A stretch of 64,000 bases of DNA. Origin: Macrostomum lignano. Taxonomy: Eukaryota. The stretch covers positions 124,001 to 188,000 of the forward strand of contig NIVC01000446.1 of the NCBI GenBank assembly GCA_002269645.1, read 5' to 3'. The notes below the pieces were generated by a model. The model was not told where the DNA came from and made no database searches. It worked only from the letters and a program-made list of their open reading frames with translations. The position numbers and the translations under genes are program-made. Shown here in pieces: positions 21,344 through 32,482 of this stretch; position 1 is the first letter of the stretch, and the number at the start of each line of letters is the position of its first letter.

Positions 21344-24300
21344 TCAGTTGGCAGCAGACCGCTTGGCAGCAATTTGTTTTTTATTGGCTTCAAGCAGCAT
21401 GTCTTCAATTTCTTGGTCCTTGCCCCAGGGCCCGTCTCGGCTCAGGGTTAGCGGTGTCTCCTTTTTCTGAAATTGTATAGGGTGAGATTCTTAATTAGGT
21501 TTCCTAAATGTGACCTTAGGTTTCCTAAATGTGACCTTAGGTTTCCTAAATGTGACCTTAGGTTTCCTAAATGTGACCTTAGGTTTCCTAAATGTGACCT
21601 TAGGTTTCCTAAATGTGACCTTAGGTTTCCTAAATGTGACCTTAGGTCTCCTAAATGTGACCTTAGGCTTCCTAAATGTGACCTTAGGTTTCCTAAATGT
21701 GACCTTAGGCTTCCTAAATGTGATCTTAGGTTTCCTAAATGTGACCCAGGATTCTTAAACTGGATTTAAGAACTTAATACAAGTCCAGGGTCATACAGGC
21801 ATTCTCACCTTGTTTCTGATACTGACTGTGGCATCGTGACTGAGCAGACAGCGAATTACTGCCGGTCGCTGGTCCCGCACCGCCATGTGCAGGGCTGTAT
21901 CGCCAATCTGGTGTTGCAAATACATAGAAAGCATATATTTTTGATTTCTTAAAATTTGCTCTCCATACTTCTAATCTGTCATAAATCAATCGCAATTATT
22001 ACATCGTCATTGGTCTGTAGATCGGGGTTCAGGCCCGGGTGAGCTTGAAACATTGCCTCCACTTCTTCGGCTATTTTTGCCCCGGGTTTGTTTTGCATCA
22101 CCAGCTCGTGCAGTCTGTGGTACTCGCCCTGAAAATCGTTTGCTGTCATCGTGTTACGCTTGGATCTTGTTGGTTTAGAGTACCGAATATTAACTATAGC
22201 TAGAAATAGTGGAGAGAGGAGCTGCAGGAGGAGAGGAAGAGGTGGAGAAGAGAGAAAAGTGGGAGAGGAGGAAAGAAGAAGAGGGCATGAAATGAGGGAG
22301 AGAGGATAGGAAGAGAAGGAAATAGGGCAGGAAGTGAGGCAGAAAGAGAGGGCAGGAAGTGAGGCAGAAAGAGAGGGCAGGAAGTGAGGCAGAGAGAGAG
22401 GGCAGGAAGTGAGGCAGAGAGAGAGGGCAGGAAGTGAGGCAGAAAGAGAGGGCAGGAAGTGAGGCAGAGAGAGAGGGCAGGAAGTGAGGCAGAGAGAGAG
22501 GGCAGGAAGTGAGGCAGAAAGAGAGGGCAGGAAGTGAGGCAGAGAGAGAGGGCAGGAAGTGAGGCAGAGAGAGAGGGCAGGAAGTGAGGCAGAAAGAGAG
22601 GGCAGGAAGTGAGGCAGAAAGAGAGGGCAGGAAGTGAGGCAGAGAGAGAGGGCAGGAAGTGAGGCAGAAAGAGAGGGCAGGAAGTGAGGCAGAAAGAGAG
22701 GGCAGGAAGTGAGGCAGAAAGAGAGGGCAGGAAGTGAGGCAGAAAGAGAGGGCAGGAAGTGAGGCAGAAAGAGAGGGCAGGAAGTGAGGCAGAGAGAGAG
22801 GGCAGGAAGTGAGGCAGAGAGAGAGGGCAGGAAGTGAGGCAGAAAGAGAGGGCAGGAAGTGAGGCAGAAAGAGAGGGCAGGAAGTGAGGCAGAGAGAGAG
22901 GGCAGGAAGTGAGGCAGAAAGAGAGGGCAGGAAGTGAGGCAGAAAGAGAGGGCAGGAAGTGAGGCAGAGAGAGAGGGCAGGAAGTGAGGCAGAAAGAGAG
23001 GGCAGGAAGTGAGGCAGAAAGAGAGGGCAGGAAGTGAGGCAGAAAGAGAGGGCAGGAAGTGAGGCAGAAAGAGAGGGCAGGAAGTGAGGCAGAAAGAGAG
23101 GGCAGGAAGTGAGGCAGAAAGAGAGGGCAGGAAGTGAGGCAGAAAGAGAGGGCAGGAAGTGAGGCAGAAAGAGAGGGCAGGAAGTGAGGCAGAAAGAGAG
23201 GGCAGGAAGTGAGGCAGAAAGAGAGGGCAGGAAGTGAGGCAGAAAGAGAGGGCAGGAAGTGAGGCAGAGAGAGAGGGCAGGAAGAGAGGCAGAGAGAGAG
23301 GGCAGGAAGAGAGGCAGAAAGAGAGGGCAGGAAGAGAGGCAGAGAGAGAGGGCAGGAAGAGAGGCAGAGAGAGAGGGCAGGAAGAGAGAGAGAGAGGGCA
23401 GGAAGTGAGGCAGAAAGAGAGGGCAGGAAGTGAGGCAGAGAGAGAGGGCAGGAAGAGAGAGAGAGGGCAGGAAGAGAGAGAGAGAGGGCAGGAAGAGAAG
23501 GAATGAGGGCAGGAAGAGAGAGAGAGAGGGCAGGAAGAGAAGGAGAGAGGGCAGGAAGAGAAGGAGAGAGGGCAGGAAGAGAAGGAGAGAGGGCAGGAAG
23601 AGAGGGAGAGAGGGCAGGAAGAGGAGAGAGGGCAGGAAGAGAAGGAGAGAGGGCAGGAAGAGAAGGAGAGAGGGCAGGAAGAGGAGAGAGGGCAGGAAGA
23701 GAAGGAGAGAGGGCAGGAAGAGAAGGAGAGAGGGCATGAAGAGAAGGAGAGAGGGCATGAAGAGGAGAGAGGGCAGGAAGAGAAGGAGAGAGGGCAGGAA
23801 GAGAAGGAGAGAGGGCAGTAAGAGAGGGAGAGAGGGCAGGAAGAGAGGGAGAGAGGGCAGGAAGAGAAGGAGAGAGGGCAGGAAGAGAAGGAGAGAGGGC
23901 AGGAAGAGAGAGAGAGAGGGCAGGAAGAGAGGGAGAGAGGGCAGGAAGAGGAGAGAGGGCAGGAAGAGAAGGAGAGAGGGCAGGAAGAGAAGGAGAGAGG
24001 GCAGGAAGAGGAGAGAGGGCAGGAAGAGAAGGAGAGAGGGCAGGAAGAGAAGGAGAGAGGGCATGAAGAGAAGGAGAGAGGGCATGAAGAGGAGAGAGGG
24101 CAGGAAGAGAAGGAGAGAGGGCAGGAAGAGAAGGAGAGAGGGCAGTAAGAGAGGGAGAGAGGGCAGGAAGAGAGGGAGAGAGGGCAGGAAGAGAGGGAGA
24201 GAGGGCAGGAAGAGAAGGAGAGAGGGCAGGAAGAGAAGGAGAGAGGGCAGGAAGAGAAGGAGAGAGGGCAGGAAGAGAGGGAGAGAGGGCAGGAAGAGAA

Positions 24301-27300
24301 GGAGAGAGGGCAGGAAGTGAGAGGGGACAACACAGACAGAGAGGAGTTAGCTAAAACTATAAGTCCACTCCCCGAAGGCAGGCAGAGGTTCAAATCCTCA
24401 CAGTGAACCGATTCACGGGATCATCCGCTGGTTTCCGTCTATCGGACGCATCTTTGGATGCGGCGTTGAGCTTGGAGGTGGCAGCGGCCGCAGCTGCAGC
24501 AGCCTTTACTCGCTGCTTCTTCTCAGCAAGCTGACGCTTGTTGGCCTGCATAAGCATGGCCTCGATGTTGCTATCGTAGCCCCAGGGGCCGTTGCGAGAC
24601 AGGATCAGTGGTGTCTCCCTTTGCTGATTGTTGCATTTGAAAGGTAATTAAAATCCAGTAAGTATACAGCTTATAAAGACTGGGGAACCACAACTCTACA
24701 TTGTGTTTACCTTGTTTTTCACGTTCACTGTGGCATTTTTCTCCAATAGAAATTCAATCGCTTTCACCTTCTGATCGCGGACCACAATGTGCAGCGCTGT
24801 GTCGCCAACCTGTGGATTTGTTTGTCAAGTGTGAATTACACTCGTGGCTTTTCTGGTCCAGATTCTCACAGGTATCTGAGGTTTACTTCTACCTACTCTC
24901 CGAGGTCATATCTACATTCTCTCTGAGGTCTATGTCTACCGGATCTCACAGATCTATCTACCGGATCTCACAGATCTATCTACCGGATCTCACAGATCTA
25001 TCTACTGGATCTCACAGATCTATCTACCGGATCTCACAGATCTATCTACCGGATCTCACAGATCTATCTACTGAATCTCAGCGGTCTGTATCTACCGAAT
25101 CTCACAGATCTATCTACTGGATCTCACAGATCTATCTACCGGATCTCACAGATCTATCTACTGAATCTCAGCGGTCTGTATCTACCGAATCTCACAGGTC
25201 TATCTACCGGATCTCACAGATCTATCTACTGAATCTCAGCGGTCTGTATCTACCGAATCTCACAGGTCTGTATCTACCGAATCTCACAGGTCTATATCTA
25301 CCGAATCTCACAGGTCTGTATCTACCGAATCTCACAGGTCTGTATCTTCCGAATCTCACAGGTCTATGTCTACCGAATCTCACAGGTCTATATCTACCGA
25401 ATCTCACAGGTCTGTATCTACCGAATCTCACAGGTCTGTATCTTCCGAATCTCACAGGTCTATGTCTACCGAATCTCACAGGTCTATATCTACCGAATCT
25501 CAGAGGTCTGTATCTTCCGAATCTCACAGGTCTATCTACCGAATCTCTCAGATCTTTTTACTGAATCTCACAGATCTATCTACCGAATCTCTCAGATCTA
25601 TCTACCGAATCTCACAGATCTATCTACCCAATCTCACAGATCTATCTACTGAATCTCACAGATAGATCTCACAGATCTATCTACCGAATCTCACAGATCT
25701 ATCTACCGAATCTCACAGATCTATCTACCGAATCTCTCAGATCTTTTTACTGAATCTCACAGATCTATCTACCGAATCTCTCAGATCTATCTACCGTATC
25801 TCACAGATCTATCTACCGTATCTCACAGATCTATCTACCGAATTTCACAGATCTATCTACCGTATCTCACAGATCTATCTACCGTATCTCACAGATCTAT
25901 CTACCGAATTTCACAGGTGTACCTACCAAATATCGCAGGTCTATCTACTCACACAGGTCTACACTGATCTATATCAACCTTTTCTGAGGTCAATATCCCC
26001 TACTATAGCTTGTTATTGCAAGCATCAGACAACGCACAGAGCACAGTTTGTCTCACATCATCATTAGTGACAATGTCCGGGTTTAAACCCGGATTAGCCG
26101 CGAACAATTGCTCCATGTCTTTGGCCATCTGAGTGCTGCCGGTTTTCTGCATGGCGATTTCGTGCAGCTTGTGGTAGGGTCCCTGCGGGAATGAGTTAAC
26201 TACTACTGAATACCGGTAAAATCAACAGTAGTACTGACTGTTTTCTATATGAATCCTGATAGAAAATTCAATCGAAGATGCTGTCTGACTCACAGTGAAA
26301 GCGTTTGGATCACCGCCCGATCGTTTTGGCGGTGGCTCTCTTGGTGTCTGCTTTGGCGGAGGCGGAGGCGGTGGCGGCTCTTTATCTTTCTTAGGCGGCG
26401 GGGCTCTTTGAGTAGATGGCGGCGGCGGTGGCACCACGATGGTCACGTGCTTCTTAGCTGGCGCTGCATCCGGGTTTCTGCCAGTCAATAGCAGCTCTTC
26501 GACGTCTGTGTAGCCGAGCTGGCGGGCCAGGGACAGGGCGTCTTGGCCCTCCTGTAGGGGAGGGATGAACAGTGATATTGCCAGTTTGACATTGTGCGAC
26601 GTGTGAGGAAGAGAGAGGTCAGAGAGGGGAGAAGGGGGAATGGTTGAGAGGGAGAGAGGAAGAGTGGGAGAGTGAGTGAGAAGGGGAGAAAAAGAGCGTG
26701 GAAGAGAGGGAGAGAGGAAAGTGGGAGAGAGAAAGAGAAAGAGAGAGGAAGAGAGGGAGAGAGGAAAGTGGGAGAGAGAAAGAGAAAGAGAGAGGAAGAG
26801 AGGGAGGATGGAAGAGAGGGAAGACGGAAGAGAGGGAGGATGGAAGAGAGGGAGGATGTAAGAGAGGGAGGATGGAAGAGAGGGAGGATGGAAGACAGAG
26901 AGGATGGAAGAGAGGGAGGATGGAAGAGAGGGAAGACGGAATAGAGGGAGGATGGAAGAGAGGGAGGATGGAAGAGAGGGAGGATGGAAGAGAGGGAGGA
27001 TGGAAGAGAGGGAGGATGGAAGAGAGGGAAGACGGAATAGAGGGAGGATGGAAGAGAGGGAGGATGGAAGAGAGGGAGGATGGAAGAGAGGGAGGACGGA
27101 AGAGAGGGGGGATGGAAGAGAGGGAGGACGGAACAGAGGGAAGACGGAAGAGAGGGAGGATGGAACAGAGGGAGGATAGAAGAGAGGGAGGACGGAAGAG
27201 AGGGGGGATGGAAGAGAGGGAGGACGGAAGAGAGGTAGAGTCAGAGAGTCAGAGTGAGACAGAGAGATGTAGAGGGTCAGGGAGACTCTGAGAAGGAGAG

Positions 27301-30300
27301 GATCACTATACGATAACCGAAATGAAAAGCAGCAAGACAGCAAGTGATATCAAGTGAAGCAAAACGCACAGAATTCCTGTGCCCCTTGGGCACTCCAGCC
27401 AGCAGCAGCAGGTAGATGGAGCGCAGCATCTCCTGATCGTGATTCATAGCTTTAATCGCCAAAGTTATTGCAGTCTCACCTTGCTGGAATTAGCCGTACG
27501 TTTTAGTTAAAAACAAGATAAAAACTCAGGAGATTAACAAAAAGCAATATTACCTCGTCAACCTGTTGCGGATCGGCCTCGTTATCAAGCAGTTGCTGCA
27601 GCATCTGCTTCTGTTTGGGGCTTTCAGTCACCGCCCAGTGCAAGGGGACGCAGCTGGTCTGGAGAATTCAATTTTTGCCATAAATTTATGTGCCATTCAA
27701 GTAGCATTTGTGTATCACAATGTTGGTATAAAGTTTTTAAGATATTTTTGTGCTTTAAGTCCCATGGGGTTAACTTTTTAAATACGAGGCTCGTAATTTA
27801 GTAGGAAAAATATGAAATCAAGATGTGTTTCAAGAAAACAATTTTACCTGAAGTGATTAGTTAGTTTTATTCCATTATATTATGTAGAAAATTATGCATT
27901 TAAGGATTGTGCAGTGTACTTACACCTTTCAGTTTCAACTATAATCAGTTAGATGCAATGACGGCGTTATTGAGATGAGATGATTTATTTTACACTTTTA
28001 ATAGTTTTACATATTTTTCATTGTCTAATAGGTGAGACTATCCTGTCTAACAGGTAACACTATAGCCTGTCTAACAGGTAACACTATAGCCTGTCTAACA
28101 GGTAATACCAGCATGTCTAACAGGTAATACTAGCATGTCTAACAGGTAACACTATCCTGTCTAACAGGTAACACTATAGCCTGTCTAACAGGTAACACTA
28201 TAGCCTGTCTAGCAGGTAACACTATCCTGTCTAACAGGAGAGACTCTATCTCATCCCAAATTCACAAATCCTTACATGATACGCCAGCTGGGCGGCCTGT
28301 CGCATCAGTGTCCCAGCTTTGGACAAGTCGCCGCTACGAATCGCCGCTCTCAGCTCCTCTGGCGTCGCTTTAACAGCAGCGGCCGCCTGCGGTGACCACA
28401 TGTAGGGATCGATGGTCCTAGCCAAGCTGGGATCGTCTTCAACCGAGGCTAGTAGTTCAGCTAGTCTGCGATAGCCATTAGCCAAGGCGTAGTCAAAGGG
28501 CGTCTTGCCCAGCTGCATTATATAATTGATATAATTGAGTTGTGGTTGGTTGGTTGGTCAATTAAGTTAATTAACCTTGTGTACACAAACTTTACTGGCT
28601 GCGGCTGTAAGGGGTGGCGGCTGTGAGGGGTGGCGGCTGTGAGGGGGCGGCTGTGAGGGGTGGTGGGTGTGAGGGGTGGTGAGTGTGAGGGGCGGCTGTG
28701 AGGGGTTGTGGGTGTGAGGGGCGGCTGTGAGGGGTGGCGGCTGTGAGGGGGCGGCTGTGAGGGGTGGTGGGTGTGAGGGGCGGCTGTGAGGGGTGGTGGG
28801 TGTGAGGGGGCGGCTGTGAGGGGTGGTGGTGTGAAGGGTGGTGGGTGTGAGGGGTGAGGTGTGTTGAGGTGTAGTGGGTCTGAGAGGTTGTGGGTCTGAG
28901 AGGTATTGAGAGTGAGAGGTGCTGGGAATCAGGGAATCAGGGAACTAGCGTCTGTGAGGGGTGGTGGGTGTGAGGGGTGGTGGGTGTGAGGGGGCGGCTG
29001 TGAGGGGTGGTGGGTGTGAGGGGTGAGGTGTGTTGAGGTGTAGTGGGTCTGAGAGGTTGTGGGTATTGAGAGTGAGAGGTGCTGGGAATCAGGGTATCAT
29101 GGAATCAGGGAACTAGCGTCTGTGAGGGGTGGTGGGTGTGAGGGGTGGTGGGTGTGAGGGGTGGTGGGTGTAAGGGGTGGTGGGTGTGAGGGGTGATGGG
29201 TGTGTGGGGTGGTGGGTGTGAGAGTTGCTGTGAATAAGGGATGGTGGCTTTATGGAAGTAGTTCCTGCGATAGGATGCTGCAGTAAGTAATTGTGCTTCT
29301 TTATTGTCATTAATTAGGCCTATTAACTGTTGTGGTCTGCAAACGATTCAACTCACGTGATTTCTAATATTCGGCGATGCCCCCTCATGCAGAAGGATCG
29401 GCACGGATAATTCCGCATTGCTCTCTTTCGAATAGAGAATGGCCAGGTGCAAAGCCGTGTTGCCATTGCTGGCAACCCTGGCGTCAACGTCCGCGCCGTT
29501 TTGAATCAGTCTGGCCATCAGAGAGTCAAGATAGGGTGGATCGGCCGTGACCACCGTCAGCTGTAGCGGCGTCATGTCGTTCTGGAATTAGGTCACGGTG
29601 TGAACATCTCGGCCCTCATGGTCGAGAACAGAACGACAACCCACCGGCCAATTTTGGAGTGCGAGAGCTCCAAATTAATATGACTGGCTCACAGAATCCA
29701 AACCGCGGGTGTACTTTAACAAGAGAGTGCCTAAGTACAGTATCTGTACACTCTAGAAAAGGCATAGAGCTAAATAGGGTTTCCACCATAGACAAATCGG
29801 TCGAGAAAATCTGAATTTTTGAGCCTTCAAATAAATTACCATGTATGTATATTTGAGGGCGGTTCTTCATCAATGCAGTGCATATTATAGGACCCAATCC
29901 GCGTACCTGATCTCTGAGATTGACGCCGGTTTTGTCGCTGGCCAAAGTTCGAGTGAGGGCTTTGGTGTCATTGTCCTGACACAGTCGGTGGATGTAGTGC
30001 GGCTGCGGATGGTGCGGTGTGTCAGGTTAGACATCTGGTCACTTCTACCTGACTCTCACTCAGACTCCTCCATGTGGATTTATCTGACTCTTCCATCTCG
30101 ACCTGACTCTTCTAACTGAATTTGACTCTTCCAAATAGATATGATTCTTTCAGTCTGGATCTGACTCTTACATATGGATCTGACTCTTTCATCTAGATCT
30201 GACTCTTCCATCTGGATCTGACTCTTCCATATGGATCTGAATCTTCCATCTGGATCTGACTCTTCCATCTGGATCTGACTCTTCCATATGGATTTGACTC

Positions 30301-30819
30301 TTTCATCTAGATCTGACTCTTCCATATGGATCTGACTCTTCCATCTGGATCTGACTCTTCCATATGGATCTGACTCTTCCATCTGGATCTGACTCTTCCA
30401 TATGGATCTGACTCTTCCATATGGATCTGACTCTTTCATCTAGATCTGACTCTTCCATCTAGATCTGACTCTTCCATCTGGATCCGACTCTTCCATATGG
30501 ATCTGACTCTTCCATCTAGATCTGACTCTTCCATCTGGATCTGACTCTTCCATCTAGATCTGACTCTTCCATATGGATCTGACTCTTCCATCTGGATCTG
30601 ACTCTTCCATCTGGATCTGACTCTTCCATCTGGATCTGACTCTTACTATGAGTATCTTAGATGTAAACTAAATCCAAAATAAACCGGTACATAGTGGCTC
30701 ACTTAATATAGTAAAGGCGACTGGTTACCCGCAAAATCATTAATCCTGCAACAGAATTGACTCACCTGGTACAAGCGCACGTCGTGCTCATCAAAGCCAT
30801 GTCTGCTATTTTGAATCAT
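21344..30819 (-). CDS. Ankyrin-repeat protein A (paralogue of B), 13 exons, ~627 aa
   Basis: Exons 30819-30766, 30002-29907, 29581-29357, 28512-28276, 27658-27554, 27483-27370, 26551-26294, 26182-26057, 24809-24711, 24623-24402, 22128-22003, 21907-21809, 21466-21344. All GT-AG, phase 0, stop-free. ANK motifs MTPLQL, NGNTALHLAI, LGKTPFDYA, VGDTALHIVV, IGDTALHMAV. Confidence 0.8.
21494..21750. repeat. 21-bp minisatellite, ankyrin A intron 12
   Basis: TTAGGTTTCCTAAATGTGACC, about 12 copies. Confidence 0.96.
22250..24320. repeat. Polypurine 25-bp then 21-bp minisatellite, ankyrin A intron 10
   Basis: GAAGTGAGGCAGAAAGAGAGGGCAG changing to GAAGAGAAGGAGAGAGGGCAG. Confidence 0.96.
24935..25945. repeat. 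22/24-bp minisatellite, ankyrin A intron 8
   Basis: TCTACCGAATCTCACAGATCTA. Confidence 0.95.
26590..27300. repeat. GA-rich repeat, ankyrin A intron 6
   Basis: GGAAGAGAGGGAGGAT units. Confidence 0.9.
28035..28240. repeat. 22/24-bp minisatellite, ankyrin A intron 4
   Basis: CCTGTCTAACAGGTAACACTATAG. Confidence 0.92.
28605..29225. repeat. G-rich ~16-bp minisatellite, ankyrin A intron 3
   Basis: TGTGAGGGGTGGTGGG. Confidence 0.9.
30045..30650. repeat. 19-bp minisatellite, ankyrin A intron 1
   Basis: TCTGACTCTTCCATATGGA. Confidence 0.95.
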
Positions 30820-31444
30820 TTGTATTTATTCAACAGTAAGTTAGTCAAAGCCGCTTTAGAGTGACTTTTATTTTAATAAAATAATTAACCCAATTTAACG
30901 GCGACGTCGCTCTTCTTCGATTTGCTTTTGTCCGTTGCCATGCAAGACCAAAGGTGAAGAAAAAGAAAAATGTGAAGGAATAGAGGAGTCTGTGCGGCAT
31001 TACTGTACAAGCTGTGTACATTGTATACGCTTTCTTTAGTTGCGATGCAACTAAGAGATTTCTACTTTCAAGCGTACGTGAGCAGCAACCTCGCACATCT
31101 GCCAATGCTTCTCAACTCCATCCACCCACACACACACACACAATGCATGGCGTGCTAGTCTTGTTTGAGCTCAAATTTAAGAGGCCATTGCAATAATTAG
31201 CTTTTCTTATATTTTCTATCTTCTATACATGTGCATGTGACTCAAGTACGTTTTTAAATTTAATTTCGGCGCCAATAATTACTATTGAAGCTACTCGAAT
31301 TGAAGGACGGGAATTTTGACGTCTCTGCAGGAGGTTTTATAAAAAAATACAGTATACATTACAGAGAATGGAGGTTTTAATTTTTTTCAATACAAAAATT
31401 GCTATGATGCTTTTTGATTTAAATACATGTAGCTGGCGTGTCAT

Positions 31445-32482
31445 TACAGGCACTCATTTTAGCGCCGCAGGCACTCATTTTAGCGCCGCAGGCACTCATT
31501 TTAGCGCCGCAGGCACTCATTTTAGCGCCACAGGAACTCATTCTAGCGCCGCGGGCACTCATTTTAGCGCCGCAGGCACTCATTCTAGCGCCGCAGGCAC
31601 TCATTTTAGCGCCGCAGGCACTCATTTTCGCGCCGCAGGCACTCATTTTAGCGCCGCAGGCACTCATTTTAACGCCACAGGCACTCATTTTAACGCCACA
31701 GGCACTCATTTTAGCGCCGCAGGCACTCATTTTAGCGCCGCAGGCACTCATTTTAGCGCCGCAAGCACTCTTTTAGCGCCACAGGCACTCATTTTAGCGC
31801 CGCAGGCACTCATTTTAGCGCCACAGGCACTCATTTTAGCGTCACAGGCACTCATTTTAGCGCCGCAGGCACTCATTTTAGCGCCGCAGGCACTCATTCT
31901 AGCGCCGCAGGCACTCATTTTAGCGCCGCAGGCACTCATTCTAGCGCCGCAGGCACTCATTTTAGCGCCACAGGCACTCATTTTAGCGTCACAGGCACTC
32001 ATTTTAGCGCCGCAGGCACTCATTTTAGCGCCACAGGCACTCATTTTAGCGCCGCAGGCAATCATTCTAGCGCCGCAGGCACTCATTTTAGCGCCACAGG
32101 CACTCATTTTAGCGCCGCAGGCACTCATTCTAGCGCCGCAGGCACTCATTTTAGCGCCACAGGCACTCATTCTAGCGTCACAGGCACTCATTTTAGCGCC
32201 GCAGGCACTCATTTTAGCGCCACAGGCACTCATTTTAGCGCCGCAGGCACTCATTCTAGCGCCGCAGGCACTCATTTTAGCGCCACAGGCACTCATTTTA
32301 GCGTCACAGGCACTCATTTTAGCGCCGCAGGCACTCATTTTAGCGCCACAGGCACTCATTTTAGCGCCGCAGGCACTCATTTTAACGCCACAGGCACTCA
32401 TTTTAGCGCCACAGGCACTCATTTTAGCGCCGCAGGCACTCACTTTGGCGCCGCAGGCACTCATTTCAGCGCCGCAGGCGCT
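31445..32482. repeat. 21-bp minisatellite
   Basis: CAGGCACTCATTTTAGCGCCG, about 49 copies. Confidence 0.97.
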
